NCBI GenBank assembly: GCA_902570945.1
Contig: CACGAJ010000001.1
Location: 3,256-67,255, forward strand
Length of the DNA: 64,000 nt
Source of the DNA: an uncultured Synechococcaceae cyanobacterium
GTDB lineage: Bacteria; Cyanobacteriota; Cyanobacteriia; PCC-6307; Cyanobiaceae
Direction of reading: 5' to 3'
Under the pieces are notes generated by a model. It worked only from the letters and a program-made list of their open reading frames with translations. It made no database searches and was not told the origin of the DNA. The position numbers and the translations under genes were made by a program. This document shows positions 1-11,338 of the stretch, piece by piece (position 1 is the stretch's first letter; each line of letters opens with the position of its first letter).

Positions 1-1124
1 CCCTTCATCATTTCCAGATTTTGTTGACACAATGAAACTATTTCGTTATTTTTAAAACCGTTCAAGAAAGCAAGTAATGATATTCCACCAGCACCAACTC
101 CTTCTTTTACATGACCTAATTCATAATCAATTAATTCTTTGTATATTGAGGTTTTAAAATTTAAAGGGCTTGATAAGCCTAATAAGTTAACATCATATTT
201 CTCATTAATTAAATTTAATAAAACATTCAGAGAATTATCTTTTACAAGCCACCCTGTTGTTGCAATAAAAACATCCTCAAAAAATTCATCTTTATCTTTT
301 ACACTTAAGAATTCTAATACAAGCAAAATAACAGCTAACATTTGACTTCCACCAGACAATATGACAGGTTGGTTTGCTAATCTAGCGCCAATTAATAAAC
401 CCATTGAAAAAGCTTGGAAAGGATCTCCCACTGACGCAATAACATCAAAAGAGTCGAAATCAGTCTTGAGATTTGCATTTAAAAGTCCCTTCTCAACAAC
501 TTTTCTTCTCAATTCTCTTGGAGCTTTAAATAAACTACTCCCTACTAAATTAGACACCCGCAAACCAAAAGCTTCCATTACCGCCTGTGCAGTTGTGGTG
601 CCCCCTGGTACAGATTCCGAAATTAAAACAGGTTGTTTTGATGATTTTCCTATAGCAAGACCTTTTTCATAGAGATTTAGGACTCTCTCCTTAGTCATAG
701 ATTTACCTGTAGAGAGACAATTTGATGGTCCCAAATCTTTTTCTTCCACAACCAAATGATTAAAGTGAGGCTTTACTCCTATTCCTAAAGGAACAATAAC
801 TGGAAAAATATTTATAAGTTTTGAACAAACATAACTTATTAAAGCCGGAGTTACTCCTGCATTCAGGAGAGGCAATTTATACTTATGATCTTTCGATGGT
901 CCCATAAGCAAAAATTCGGCATCTGCGAGTGCTGTTAATCTTCTAGATTTTGCATTAATGCCTGCAGCAGAAATTCCTTGAATTTGAGAGGTATTAGTTG
1001 ATGCAATTACTAGAAATATTTTAAAATTATTGAAATTTTCTTTTAGGATTTCTATTCTATTTAGTTGTATTACTTTATTGGATTTACAACCAAAAAAACC
1101 AATCTCAGATTCTGAAATGTACAT
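1..1124 (-). CDS. cobT: Nicotinate-nucleotide--dimethylbenzimidazole phosphoribosyltransferase (CobT family), 3' end outside window
   Basis: Manual translation from ATG at 1124: MYISESEIGFFG...IFLVIASTNTSQIQGISAAG...TALADAEFLL...AGVTPALIS...ESVPGGTTTAQAV, typical of cyanobacterial CobT. Absent from the ORF track because it runs off the window. Confidence 0.85.
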   Translation of the reverse strand, partial: MYISESEIGFFGCKSNKVIQLNRIEILKENFNNFKIFLVIASTNTSQIQGISAAGINAKSRRLTALADAEFLLMGPSKDHKYKLPLLNAGVTPALISYVCSKLINIFPVIVPLGIGVKPHFNHLVVEEKDLGPSNCLSTGKSMTKERVLNLYEKGLAIGKSSKQPVLISESVPGGTTTAQAVMEAFGLRVSNLVGSSLFKAPRELRRKVVEKGLLNANLKTDFDSFDVIASVGDPFQAFSMGLLIGARLANQPVILSGGSQMLAVILLVLEFLSVKDKDEFFEDVFIATTGWLVKDNSLNVLLNLINEKYDVNLLGLSSPLNFKTSIYKELIDYELGHVKEGVGAGGISLLAFLNGFKNNEIVSLCQQNLEMMK

Positions 1125-1134
1125 TATTTTTTTA

Positions 1135-1773
1135 TCAATGATTTAAATCAAGTAGATTATTTAATAATTTTGGTGGATCTGGGATAGTTAATTTAAATCT
1201 TGGGGAAAGAGAATAGGCAATAATATGTACCGTTAAAACATAAACAATTTCTTGAAAAATTATTAATAAAATCGCAACTAATTGGATGCTTAAAATTGAA
1301 GGAGAAAAAGGTAAATTAAATACTCCAATAAACTTTTCTATCAGACCATAACTTGCTCTAGTAATTAAAACCCAAAGATTATCTCCAACCAACGTAGATA
1401 ATGCTATTACTCTAAGGAAAAAACCAATAGTTCCAATAATAACTCCCATAGTTAAGCTGATTCTCCAACTCTTTTCTTTAACCCAACACCAGCCCAGCCA
1501 AAAAGCTAATATCCCATAGGGAAATAAAAATAAGGTTCCTCTAACAGGACCCATAATTATGAATAGTAGTAGAAATTGTATGAGGAGTCCTTCCAGTGCA
1601 TTTTTAGTACCTCTTCTCAATTGCAAAAAGATCATTGGGAGAGGTAAAATCAACCTTAATAAAGCGCCCCCTATTGGGAAATAATATAAGGCCACCCATA
1701 ATAATGACGAGAGAGATGATAAATATGAGGTCTCTACAATATTTAATGCTTCAGTTTTTGTTGTTATTTTCAT
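1135..1773 (-). CDS. DUF2232-family membrane protein
   Basis: 212 aa, multi-pass hydrophobic, LILPLP and MGPVRG motifs; usual neighbour of cobT in cyanobacteria. Confidence 0.7.
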   Translation of the reverse strand: MKITTKTEALNIVETSYLSSLSSLLWVALYYFPIGGALLRLILPLPMIFLQLRRGTKNALEGLLIQFLLLFIIMGPVRGTLFLFPYGILAFWLGWCWVKEKSWRISLTMGVIIGTIGFFLRVIALSTLVGDNLWVLITRASYGLIEKFIGVFNLPFSPSILSIQLVAILLIIFQEIVYVLTVHIIAYSLSPRFKLTIPDPPKLLNNLLDLNH

Positions 1774-1794
1774 TTTTTTATTGAATTTCTTTAA

Positions 1795-2250
1795 TTATTT
1801 TTTATTCATATTTTTATTGTTTGGATCTAAAATCCGTTCAATCTTTTCTATTTCAAAATTTACCTCAGAATTGATTAATATGGTATTTAATTCTTCAATA
1901 GGATCTTTTGGATCAACATCTTTTAAAATAAATATTATTTTGTAACTTTGAAGCTCGATTTTTCTGTTTTTTGAATGATTTTTAATCTCGTTATTGTTTA
2001 ATTTTTCTGCCTCTTCTAAATGTGTATATTTTTTATTTTCTTTTGAGATAAATTCTTTATTTTCTAAATTATTTTTAGTATCCTCATCTTGGCTTTTTTT
2101 TTCTGAACTTTTTTGAGAATCCTCATCTTGGCTTGTTTTTTCTAAATCATCAAAACTACTTTCAAGAAAATTTCCAATTAGCCCTCCAGAGCATGATTGC
2201 AATAAAATCAAAAAAATTAATAAAAAAAATTCTTTTTTTTTAAAAATCAT
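1795..2250 (-). CDS. Hypothetical lipoprotein
   Basis: Basic N-terminus, hydrophobic stretch and lipobox LQSC; charged low-complexity middle. Confidence 0.7.
   Translation of the reverse strand: MIFKKKEFFLLIFLILLQSCSGGLIGNFLESSFDDLEKTSQDEDSQKSSEKKSQDEDTKNNLENKEFISKENKKYTHLEEAEKLNNNEIKNHSKNRKIELQSYKIIFILKDVDPKDPIEELNTILINSEVNFEIEKIERILDPNNKNMNKK
2080..2146. repeat. 39-bp-period in-frame tandem duplication inside the lipoprotein gene
   Basis: ATCCTCATCTTGGCTT at 2080-2095 and 2119-2134; protein reads EKTSQDEDSQKSS/EKKSQDEDTKNNL. Confidence 0.8.
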
Positions 2251-4865
2251 ATTTTTTTCTCACTTTTCTTTTTCCTTGCAGTTTTTTTATTACTTAATTT
2301 TGTTTTTTTTAAAACAGATCCTTTTTTATCTTTGAGTTTTTCTTCTAAAAGAAATACAGCATCATCTATGGAGAATTTTTCTAAGTCAGTATCCTTATCA
2401 ATCGAAACATTAGTTTTGCCACATTTTAAATAGACACCATATCTTCCATTTAATATTTGGATTTTTTCTTTAAATTCTTTTGGTTTTCCAAAGTCTTTAA
2501 GTACCTCTTGACCACCTCTACCCATTTTTGGCATCGCAAGAATTTCTAATGCTCGTTCTATATCAACTGTAAAAACATCATCCTCTTTCTTTAAGGATCT
2601 GTTTTCAGATTCATTTTCATTTTTAATCCATTTGATATAGGGACCAAATCTTCCTCTATCAGCCTCAACAACTCCTCCTTCAGGATGAACTCCTAACAAT
2701 CTAGGCAAACTTAAAAGTATAAGAGCCTCATCTAGAGTTAGATCATCAGTTTTCAACTCTTTGGGTAATGAAGCTCTTCTTGGTTTAGCTTTATCTTGAT
2801 CATTATTTCCCAATTGAACGTAAGGTCCATAAGGGCCAAATCTTAAAAAGACTTTTTCCCCAGTTTTTGGATCAGTTCCAAGATCCGATGGGCCACTTAA
2901 GATTTGATCAACTTGTTTTATGTCTAAATCTCCAGGAGTAATATCCATTGGAAGATTACCTTTAGCCTGAATTTCATTACCAGATTCATCAATTTTTGTA
3001 CCCTCTAGCCAAGGTCCGTTAGAGCCTATTCTGACTACGCAAGGAAGGTCTTCGAAATCAACTTGTCTATAAGCTTTACCATCAATATCACCCTCTGTTT
3101 TCTGAACCTTTACCTCCAAACCATTTTTACCTTTATAGAAAGTTTCGAGGTATGGTAGCCACTCAAGATTGCCTGAAGATATTTCATCTAATGAAGATTC
3201 CATTTTTGCAGTAAAAGTAGTATCAACCAGATCAGGAAAATGTTCTTCTAATAAAGCAGTAACAGCAAAAGCTGTAAAAGTTGGAGCCAAAGTATTGGAA
3301 GATATATTCGCATAACCTCTATCAACTATGGTCCCAATAATGCTGGCATAGGTAGAAGGTCTTCCAATCCCTTCTTTTTCAAGAACTTTAACTAATGCGG
3401 CCTCTGTATATCTTGCAGGAGGTTTAGTTTCATGAAAAGTAGATTCCTTATTAGTAACTTCAAGACATGTTCCAGTTGTTAAGTTTGGGAGAATAATTTC
3501 TTGTTGTTCAAGGGATGAACTTGGGTCATCACTTCCCTCAACATAAGCTCTGAAGAACCCAGCGAAATCAATACTTTTCCCGCTTGATTTAAATAGTCCA
3601 TTCCCTACGCTAATTTCAGCATTAATCATTGTTAACCTAGCTTCAGCCATTTGACTAGCTACAGTTCTTTTCCAAATTAAATCGTAAAGTGATAAGTCTC
3701 TACCAATTAGATTAGTTTCCTTTGGTGTTTTAAATATCTCACCAGCCGGCCTAATAGCTTCGTGTGCTTCTTGAGCATTTCTTGCAGTTGAATTAAATTG
3801 TCTTGGTGAGTTAGATAAATATTCTTTTCCATACATAGAACTGACACATTCTCTAGCAGCTCTTGTGGCTTGTTCGGAGAGATGAACTGAATCAGTTCTC
3901 ATATATGTTATAAAACCTCTCTCATATAGCCCTTGTGCACATCTCATAGTTTCTCTAGCAGACAAACGAAGCTTCCTATTTGCTTCTTGTTGTAATGTAC
4001 TTGTTGTAAATGGAGGAACTGGCTTACGAGTGGATGGCTTTTTTTCGATTTTTGAGACTAACCAATCCTCTGAGGAAAAAGTCTTCAATAAATCATTAAC
4101 TTGTTCTTCTCCAATTATTAAAGATTTGTTTCCTTCTTTTAATTTACCGGTTTGCTCGTCGAAATCGGAGCCGTTAGAAATTCTTTGACCGTTTAAACTG
4201 AATAATTTAGTTTCGAAAGTAATATTATCTTTTACTAGGGAAGCTTTAATCCCCCAGTAACTAGCTTTTTTAAAGGATCTTCTTTCTCTCTCTCTCCTAA
4301 CAAGAAGTCTTACAGAAACTGATTGAACACGACCAGCAGAAAGTCGGGGGGCTACCTTCTTCCAAAGTAAAGGAGATAATTCATATCCAAAAAGCCTGTC
4401 CAAGATTCTTCTTGTTTCTTGAGCCTGAACAAGTTCCATATCAATTTCTCTTGTTTGGTCTAAAGCTTTATTAATTGCCTTCTTAGTAATTTCATGAAAA
4501 ACCATTCTCTTAGTTGGTATTTTTGGCTTAAGTATTTGCAGTAGATGCCAGCTAATACTCTCTCCCTCTCTATCTTCATCAGTTGCCAGTAATAGCTTTG
4601 TCGCGCCTTTCAATGCATCTTTCAACTCTTTGACAACCTTTTTCTTATCTTTTGGAACTATATAAAGTGGTTCAAAATCCTCTGTTGTATTAACTCCTAT
4701 CCTTGACCATTTTTCCTTTTTTACTGCAGCAGGTATTTCAGCAGCTCCTTTTGGAAGATCTCTTACGTGTCCCATTGAAGCGAGAACTTCATAATTAGAG
4801 GGCAAAAACTTTCTTATAGTTTTTGCTTTGGTGGGACTTTCAACAATAACAAGTGTGTGATCCAA
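2247..4865 (-). CDS. topA: DNA topoisomerase I (type IA)
   Basis: LVIVESPTKAK, ATDEDREGE, SAGRVQS, ITYMRTDS (catalytic Tyr), GIGRPSTY; C-terminal GxFGPY repeats. Confidence 0.98.
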   Translation of the reverse strand: MDHTLVIVESPTKAKTIRKFLPSNYEVLASMGHVRDLPKGAAEIPAAVKKEKWSRIGVNTTEDFEPLYIVPKDKKKVVKELKDALKGATKLLLATDEDREGESISWHLLQILKPKIPTKRMVFHEITKKAINKALDQTREIDMELVQAQETRRILDRLFGYELSPLLWKKVAPRLSAGRVQSVSVRLLVRRERERRSFKKASYWGIKASLVKDNITFETKLFSLNGQRISNGSDFDEQTGKLKEGNKSLIIGEEQVNDLLKTFSSEDWLVSKIEKKPSTRKPVPPFTTSTLQQEANRKLRLSARETMRCAQGLYERGFITYMRTDSVHLSEQATRAARECVSSMYGKEYLSNSPRQFNSTARNAQEAHEAIRPAGEIFKTPKETNLIGRDLSLYDLIWKRTVASQMAEARLTMINAEISVGNGLFKSSGKSIDFAGFFRAYVEGSDDPSSSLEQQEIILPNLTTGTCLEVTNKESTFHETKPPARYTEAALVKVLEKEGIGRPSTYASIIGTIVDRGYANISSNTLAPTFTAFAVTALLEEHFPDLVDTTFTAKMESSLDEISSGNLEWLPYLETFYKGKNGLEVKVQKTEGDIDGKAYRQVDFEDLPCVVRIGSNGPWLEGTKIDESGNEIQAKGNLPMDITPGDLDIKQVDQILSGPSDLGTDPKTGEKVFLRFGPYGPYVQLGNNDQDKAKPRRASLPKELKTDDLTLDEALILLSLPRLLGVHPEGGVVEADRGRFGPYIKWIKNENESENRSLKKEDDVFTVDIERALEILAMPKMGRGGQEVLKDFGKPKEFKEKIQILNGRYGVYLKCGKTNVSIDKDTDLEKFSIDDAVFLLEEKLKDKKGSVLKKTKLSNKKTARKKKSEKKI

Positions 4866-5040
4866 GGTTTATTTCAAAAATTGGTGTTTTTGTTCAGTTA
4901 GGGCATATTATGATTATTTGAAGCTTTTTCAAGTAATTTCTTCTGAAAATTTCAAAAATCATACCCACAAATTATAATCAAGTTAAGATTAACTCTTAGA
5001 CCCTTACAATCAAACATCTAATTTAATCCAATTTAATAAA

Positions 5041-6561
5041 GTGCCCAACGAAATCTTTACAATTAATTTAAATGCTCAAGCCATTATTCCAGAGGCTTTT
5101 ATTTTACTGGGTATTGTTGGAACACTTCTTGTAGATTTAGCTGGAGAAAAAACTGCATCAAAATGGGCACCAATAATTTGCTATTTATCAATTGGAAGCT
5201 CTCTTGTTAGTTTGGCATTGCAATGGAGTAATCCGGTAGAAAGCGCATTCCTTGGGTCCTTTAATTCAGATAATTTATCCATCGCATTTAGAGCAATAAT
5301 ATCTTTATCAACCTTAGTATCTTTACTTATAAGTTGGCGGTATACAGAACAAAGTGGTAGCCCCATTGGCGAGTTTGCTGCAATAGTTCTTTCAGCCACC
5401 CTTGGGGCAATGCTTTTGTGTGGATCTACTGACCTTATTAGTGTATTTATATCTCTGGAAACTTTATCTGTAGCAAGCTATTTACTTTCTGGTTACCTCA
5501 AGAGAGATCCAAGAAGTTCAGAAGCGGCCTTAAAATACCTTCTTGTTGGATCAGCTGCTGCTGCTGTTTATTTGTATGGATCCTCTTTTCTTTATGGATT
5601 AAGTGGTTCAACAAACTTAGCGACAATAGGCTTAGAGATTATCAATAAGCCATCCTTCATTACTTCACTAGCTCTTGTATTTGTCTTATCAACAGTTGCA
5701 TTTAAAATTGCTGCTGTTCCCTTTCATCAATGGACTCCTGATGTATATGAAGGTTCACCTACGCCTGTAGTAGCTTTTTTATCTGTTGGTTCAAAAACAG
5801 CGGGCTTTGCATTCGCAATAAGAATATTAAGCACAACCTTCTCTTCTTTTGACGAGGAATGGAAACTTTTATTTACCATTTTGGCCATATTAAGCATGGC
5901 TCTAGGAAATGTTGTAGCTCTAGCTCAAACCTCAATGAAAAGGATGCTAGCTTACAGTTCTATTGGACAAGCCGGATTTGTAATGATTGGAATAGTATCT
6001 GGCACACAAGATGGTTTATCAGCAGCTGTTTTATATTTGGCTGCATATTTGTTTATGAATTTGGGTGCATTTTCTTGTGTAATACTTTTCTCACTAAGAA
6101 CTGGTTCTGACAGAATTCTTGATTACTCAGGACTTTACCAAAAAGATCCCCTTATTACATTAGGCTTGAGCCTTTGTCTTCTATCTCTTGGAGGTTTACC
6201 TCCAATGTTAGGATTTTTTGGAAAGATATATTTGTTCTTTGCAGGTTGGGCAAATCATCAATATCTATTAGTTATAGTTGGATTAGTAACTTCAGTTATA
6301 TCTATTTACTACTACATTTCAGTGATAAAAATGATGGTAGTTAAAGAACCACAGGAAGCTTCTGAAATAGTCAAATCATATCCTGAAATTAATTGGGAAA
6401 TTGTAGGATTACCTCCCTTGAGAATTGCACTTTATACTTGTGTCGCAGTAACTGCTCTTGGAGGAATCCTGTCTAATCCTCTTTTTAAATTAGCTAATAC
6501 AGCAGTTTCAGAAACTCCTTTTTTACAAGATGTTATTGCTATAACAAACAATATTTCTTAG
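5041..6561 (+). CDS. ndhB: NAD(P)H-quinone oxidoreductase (NDH-1) subunit 2
   Basis: [39 protein letters not shown] motifs. Confidence 0.97.
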   Translation: MPNEIFTINLNAQAIIPEAFILLGIVGTLLVDLAGEKTASKWAPIICYLSIGSSLVSLALQWSNPVESAFLGSFNSDNLSIAFRAIISLSTLVSLLISWRYTEQSGSPIGEFAAIVLSATLGAMLLCGSTDLISVFISLETLSVASYLLSGYLKRDPRSSEAALKYLLVGSAAAAVYLYGSSFLYGLSGSTNLATIGLEIINKPSFITSLALVFVLSTVAFKIAAVPFHQWTPDVYEGSPTPVVAFLSVGSKTAGFAFAIRILSTTFSSFDEEWKLLFTILAILSMALGNVVALAQTSMKRMLAYSSIGQAGFVMIGIVSGTQDGLSAAVLYLAAYLFMNLGAFSCVILFSLRTGSDRILDYSGLYQKDPLITLGLSLCLLSLGGLPPMLGFFGKIYLFFAGWANHQYLLVIVGLVTSVISIYYYISVIKMMVVKEPQEASEIVKSYPEINWEIVGLPPLRIALYTCVAVTALGGILSNPLFKLANTAVSETPFLQDVIAITNNIS

Positions 6562-6578
6562 AACAATTTTTTCAATAA

Positions 6579-7265
6579 ATGCCTAAAAAAGTTGCAAGTT
6601 TAGAGAGAATAACTAAAACATACGGTAAAGATGATCTAACTGTTAAAGCCTTAGACAGCATAAACTTAGAAATTTATAAAGGTGACTATTTAGCTGTAAT
6701 GGGAGCAAGTGGCTCAGGTAAAAGTACAGCAATGAATATCATTGGATGTCTAGATAGACCATCTGAAGGTGTTTATAAATTAAATGGTATCCCTGTTGAG
6801 AAATTATCTGATGATGAGCTAGCGGAGATACGTAACCAAAAATTAGGCTTCGTTTTTCAACAATTTCATCTTCTTTCAGACGCAACAGCACTTGAGAACG
6901 TAATTTTACCAATGATTTATGCTGGGATTAAGCCTGAGCAAAGATTAGTGCAAGGCAAGAATGCCTTAAAGAAAGTTGGCCTTTCTGAAAGAATGAATAA
7001 TCGCCCTAACCAATTATCAGGAGGTCAACAACAAAGAGTGGCTATTGCTAGGGCAATTATCAATAACCCTTCAATATTATTAGCAGACGAACCCACTGGA
7101 GCACTAGATTCAAAAACAACTGAAGATGTACTAGATCTTTTTGACAAACTGCATGAATCTGGGATAACTATAGTTTTAGTTACGCACGAAGATGAAGTTG
7201 CAAATCGCGCAAAAAAAATAGCCAAATTTAAAGATGGAAGAATAGTTGAATTAAAAGTTAATTAA
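6579..7265 (+). CDS. ABC transporter ATP-binding protein (LolD/MacB-type)
   Basis: Walker A GASGSGKST, LSGGQQQRVAIARA, LADEPTGALD. Confidence 0.92.
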   Translation: MPKKVASLERITKTYGKDDLTVKALDSINLEIYKGDYLAVMGASGSGKSTAMNIIGCLDRPSEGVYKLNGIPVEKLSDDELAEIRNQKLGFVFQQFHLLSDATALENVILPMIYAGIKPEQRLVQGKNALKKVGLSERMNNRPNQLSGGQQQRVAIARAIINNPSILLADEPTGALDSKTTEDVLDLFDKLHESGITIVLVTHEDEVANRAKKIAKFKDGRIVELKVN

Positions 7266-7267
7266 AT

Positions 7268-8017
7268 TCAGAACCTTCTAATTACTTGTAGTTGAGTTTC
7301 ATTTTCAATTCTTAAATTCCCATTCGAATCAATATCTTTAATTTTCCATGTATGAGGGCAAAAACCACTCGGTAAATTTTTTTTAGTGAGGAACTTATTT
7401 GCCGATTTGATCACATATTCTTTTTTGTTATTACATTCAACTGCATCATGAAAAGCTTTAAGAACTTTGGCTGTCCAATAATGTTGATTAATATTCTTAG
7501 TTTGAAGTACTTCTGATAATGAAATACCTTCTGATGGAGTGTAATTTAAAACATTCATGCCAAGACCTATTCTTACATAAATAATTTCCTTGCCTCTGGT
7601 TATGACCCTTGGTAAAAATCCAATCAACTTTTTTGAACCAAAGAAAATATCATTTGGCCATTTCAAACAAACATTTATATTTTCTTGTCTAAACATTTCA
7701 CATATCTTAATTCCTAAAGACAAATTAAATATTTGACTTGTAAATTCTTTTGAAAATATTGGGTAAGCTGCACTTAACCAAATCCCTCCTTTTGGAGAAA
7801 CCCAAGTTCTTAAGTTTTGGCCAAAACCGGACAACTGTTCTCTTGCTATTATCGCTACTGGTTGATTTCTCTTTATTTCAGAACATCTAAGCCAGTTTGT
7901 AAGCTCATTTTCAGTACTTTTGCATTTTATTTTGTACTGAATTCTCCAACTTGGATATTGACCCTGAATTTTTTTTAAATAAAAAACTGTCTTAGCTGAA
8001 GATCCAATAACTTTCAC
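7268..8017 (-). CDS. birA: Biotin--[acetyl-CoA carboxylase] ligase
   Basis: QxSGFGQ..WVSPKGG and LKWPND motifs. Confidence 0.88.
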   Translation of the reverse strand: MKVIGSSAKTVFYLKKIQGQYPSWRIQYKIKCKSTENELTNWLRCSEIKRNQPVAIIAREQLSGFGQNLRTWVSPKGGIWLSAAYPIFSKEFTSQIFNLSLGIKICEMFRQENINVCLKWPNDIFFGSKKLIGFLPRVITRGKEIIYVRIGLGMNVLNYTPSEGISLSEVLQTKNINQHYWTAKVLKAFHDAVECNNKKEYVIKSANKFLTKKNLPSGFCPHTWKIKDIDSNGNLRIENETQLQVIRRF

Positions 8018-8092
8018 AAATTCTTTATTAAAACAACGAGCATCTTTTTGAAGATTAGATTAACTTTAGTCTTAATAAGTAAATTTTACAAA

Positions 8093-8578
8093 TTGGACAA
8101 AAAGTATCTGCCAATAGTTAATAGAAGGAATCCACATCCATTAAAAAATTGTCTCGATAATTTCAAAAAATCATTTGGGGACTTGGATAAACTTACTAAA
8201 ATAAATGAAAACTGGAAGGACTTAATCGGTTTGGAACTATTTCAAGAATGCAAACCATTAAATATTGAAAAAAAGATACTTACTATTGCTGTAAATCATC
8301 CTCAGTGGCGCCAAGCTTTAATCTACAACAAACATAAATTAAAAGAGAGAATACAGAAAATTGGAATAACTTTGAATGAAATAAAAGTAATACAAAATTA
8401 TGAAATTAAAAATAAAAATACTAAAACTATTAATGCAAAGATAATTTGGGCAAAGCATCCAAGTAGAATCAATCAAAATAATATGTGCATTTGCACTCTC
8501 TGTAATTCCCCAACTCCTGCAGGCGAAATCAAAAGATGGGGAAAATGTTCTTTTTGTTGGAGAAAAATAAGTAACTAA
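8093..8578 (+). CDS. DUF721/DciA-family protein with C-terminal Zn-ribbon
   Basis: W..LIG..L...CKP, LTIAVNHPQWRQAL, CxxC...CxxC; TTG at 8093 preferred over the ORF-track start 8048. Confidence 0.75.
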   Translation: MDKKYLPIVNRRNPHPLKNCLDNFKKSFGDLDKLTKINENWKDLIGLELFQECKPLNIEKKILTIAVNHPQWRQALIYNKHKLKERIQKIGITLNEIKVIQNYEIKNKNTKTINAKIIWAKHPSRINQNNMCICTLCNSPTPAGEIKRWGKCSFCWRKISN

Positions 8579-8583
8579 ATTCT

Positions 8584-9285
8584 TTATTTAGCTAAAATTA
8601 GTATTCCCATTTGTCCCCAAAAAATAGTTCTATATTCAGCTTTTTTAAATCCAACTTCCTTAGCAATTTTTATAAGCTCATTTTTCTTTGGAAAATTTCT
8701 AATACTTTTTTCAATATATGCGTACTCTGAACTTAAATTAAAAAGGCGAGAAATGGTAACAACAATAAGTCTCAAATATAATTTCTGAAAAATACTAGAT
8801 AAAGAATTTTTTATTGAGTGATTAAAATCCAGAAACCCTGCCCTTCCTTTATCCTTCAAAAGATAAAAAACTTTTTTAATTCCTTCTTCAACATTATTCA
8901 AGTTTCTAAGTCCATAGGACATGCAAATCCCATCAAAATTTTTTGAATAATCGTTAATTTCTAAAACATCTTTAATTTCCCACTTGATAAATTTATTTTT
9001 TTTTAGATCTGATTTTTTCTTTGCAATATTTAGGATATCCTCGGCACTGTCAATCCCAGTAATCGAGCCACTTGGACTAACTCTCTCAGAAATTAAGAAT
9101 GCTAAATCTCCAGTTCCACAGCATAAATCTGCCCAATCTTCACCATTTAAAGGTTCCAACAAATTAACTAATTTCCTTTTCCATAATCTGTGCAGTCCAA
9201 AACTTAACAGATTATTCAAAAAGTCATATTTATAAGAAATTTTATTAAATATATTTTTGACTTCGATAGTTTTTGTGAATATCAT
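8584..9285 (-). CDS. menG: Demethylphylloquinone/menaquinone methyltransferase (UbiE/MenG)
   Basis: YDFLNNLLSFGLHRLWK, DLCCGTGD, YGLRN. Confidence 0.88.
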   Translation of the reverse strand: MIFTKTIEVKNIFNKISYKYDFLNNLLSFGLHRLWKRKLVNLLEPLNGEDWADLCCGTGDLAFLISERVSPSGSITGIDSAEDILNIAKKKSDLKKNKFIKWEIKDVLEINDYSKNFDGICMSYGLRNLNNVEEGIKKVFYLLKDKGRAGFLDFNHSIKNSLSSIFQKLYLRLIVVTISRLFNLSSEYAYIEKSIRNFPKKNELIKIAKEVGFKKAEYRTIFWGQMGILILAK

Positions 9286-9327
9286 TTTTAAATTATAAAG
9301 TACTTTGTTTTGGGATAAATTTAATTT

Positions 9328-10098
9328 TTATTCATATGGTCTAATTGGAAGATTTTTTTCGAGGAGAAACGTTTTTATTTCTTTTAAAGTTAGTTTCTTA
9401 TCATGAAGTAATGATGCTAAAAGTGCTGCTGATGCCCTGCCTTCTTTGAAAACATCATAGATATCTTCTAGAGAGCCTGCACCCCCTGAAGCAATTACTG
9501 GGATGTTAACAATATTGGTAACGGATTCTGTTAAATGTAAATCATATCCATTCTGAGTTCCATCACCATCCATTGAAGTTAGCAATATTTCTCCCGCTCC
9601 TAATTCCTCAACTTTCTTTGCCCATCTTAATACATCTATTCCAGTATTTTCTCGCCCTCCTTTTACATATACCTCCCATTCATCAACCTTATTAACTTTT
9701 CTTCTAGCATCGATTGCTATCACAATGCATTGAGTACCAAATTCGCTTGAACTTTTAGAAATTAATTCAGGATTTCTAACGGCTGAGGAATTCAAACTCA
9801 CTTTATCCGCTCCCGCTCTTAAAAGATCATTAATAGAAGAAACAGAATCTATACCTCCACCCACTGTAAAAGGGATTTTGACTGATTTTGCTGTCCTAGA
9901 AACAAGGTCAACTAATGTATTCCTATTTTCCACACTTGCTCTAATATCTAAAAAAACTAATTCATCTGCGCCTTCATCAGAATACCTACAAGCTAATTCA
10001 ACGGGATCCCCTGAGTCTCTCAAGTTAACAAAATTTACACCTTTAACCACTCTGCCATTGGCGACATCTAAACAAGGAATTAAACGAAGAGATACCAT
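9328..10098 (-). CDS. hisF: Imidazole glycerol phosphate synthase cyclase subunit
   Basis: [37 protein letters not shown]. Confidence 0.98.
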   Translation of the reverse strand: MVSLRLIPCLDVANGRVVKGVNFVNLRDSGDPVELACRYSDEGADELVFLDIRASVENRNTLVDLVSRTAKSVKIPFTVGGGIDSVSSINDLLRAGADKVSLNSSAVRNPELISKSSSEFGTQCIVIAIDARRKVNKVDEWEVYVKGGRENTGIDVLRWAKKVEELGAGEILLTSMDGDGTQNGYDLHLTESVTNIVNIPVIASGGAGSLEDIYDVFKEGRASAALLASLLHDKKLTLKEIKTFLLEKNLPIRPYE

Positions 10099-10157
10099 TT
10101 TAGTAAAAATTGACCAAATGCTGTTAATCTTGCATAATAGCTTCCATTTTACCTCTT

Positions 10158-10382
10158 ATGGCTGAAACAAAATTATTACCCAAAATTGGTAGTAAAATTA
10201 AAATTAACATTAACAAAGTAAAAGATAGACTACCCGCAAAATTAATTGATCAAATATCCTCTAATCCTAAAGCCGTAATAACAGGCTATAAAATGACAGA
10301 TGGCAGGAGTATTGGAATCACCGCAAAATTTCAGAATGGTGAGCAAAACTGGTTTTTCCCAGAAGAAATTGAGAAAGGTTAA
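10158..10382 (+). CDS. petP: Cytochrome b6f-associated PetP (DUF2862)
   Basis: DRLP...GYKMTDG.SIG...WFFPEE motif; position directly upstream of chlG. Confidence 0.75.
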   Translation: MAETKLLPKIGSKIKININKVKDRLPAKLIDQISSNPKAVITGYKMTDGRSIGITAKFQNGEQNWFFPEEIEKG

Positions 10383-10390
10383 AGAGTAAA

Positions 10391-11338
10391 GTGAATGATC
10401 CAAAACAACTTTTAGGAATTAAGGGTGCCTCTGAAACTTCAAGTATATGGAAACTTCGTATACAGTTAATGAAGCCAATTACGTGGATCCCTTTGATATG
10501 GGGTGTTATTTGTGGAGCGGCTGCAAGTGGAAATTTTGAATGGACATTTAGTAATGTTTTAGCTTCCTTAGCATGCATGTTAATGAGTGGGCCACTTCTG
10601 GCAGGTTATACACAAACCATAAATGATTTTTTTGATAAAGAAATTGACGCAATTAACGAACCGAATAGACCAATTCCTTCTGGAAAAATTTCAATTAAAG
10701 ATGTAAAAATTCAAATCTGGGTATTACTTATTGCAGGCCTAATAGTTGCTTTTCTATTAGATTTATATGCTAAGCACAACTTTCCTTCTGTCTTACTTTT
10801 AGCATTAGGAGGATCTTTTGTTAGTTATATATATTCTGCTCCACCTCTTAAATTAAAACAAAATGGTTGGCTTGGAAATTATGCATTAGGCGCATCATAT
10901 ATAGCTTTACCTTGGTGGGCAGGACAAGCCTTGTTTGGGAAATTAACTATAGTAACGGCTTTACTAACACTTGCTTATAGCCTTTCTGGACTTGGTATTG
11001 CTGTTATTAATGATTTTAAAAGCGTCGAAGGAGACTCAAAGCTAGGCTTGAATTCTTTACCAGTAGTATTTGGAATTAAAAATGCAAGTAGAATAAGTGC
11101 AGGACTGATTGACATTTTTCAATTAGCAATGGTTGTAGTATTAGTCATTATTGGTCAACATTTAGCCTCTGTAATTTTGGTTTTACTGGTTATTCCGCAA
11201 ATTACATTTCAAGACATGTGGTTACTAAGAGATCCTCTAAAGTTTGACGTCAAATATCAAGCAAGTGCACAACCATTTCTTATTACTGGTATGTTAGTAA
11301 CAGCATTAGCAATAGGTCATAGTTTCTTAGTTGCTTAA
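10391..11338 (+). CDS. chlG: Chlorophyll synthase
   Basis: LMKPITWIPLIWG, NDFFDKEIDAINEPNRPIPSG, NDFKSVEGD. Confidence 0.98.
   Translation: MNDPKQLLGIKGASETSSIWKLRIQLMKPITWIPLIWGVICGAAASGNFEWTFSNVLASLACMLMSGPLLAGYTQTINDFFDKEIDAINEPNRPIPSGKISIKDVKIQIWVLLIAGLIVAFLLDLYAKHNFPSVLLLALGGSFVSYIYSAPPLKLKQNGWLGNYALGASYIALPWWAGQALFGKLTIVTALLTLAYSLSGLGIAVINDFKSVEGDSKLGLNSLPVVFGIKNASRISAGLIDIFQLAMVVVLVIIGQHLASVILVLLVIPQITFQDMWLLRDPLKFDVKYQASAQPFLITGMLVTALAIGHSFLVA

Noticed and set aside
139-672. ORF-track entries 139-345 and 361-672 (+), and similar short ORFs antisense to or nested in core genes throughout the window
   Set aside because: They are shadows of well-supported genes on the opposite strand or frame (here cobT) and have no recognisable motifs
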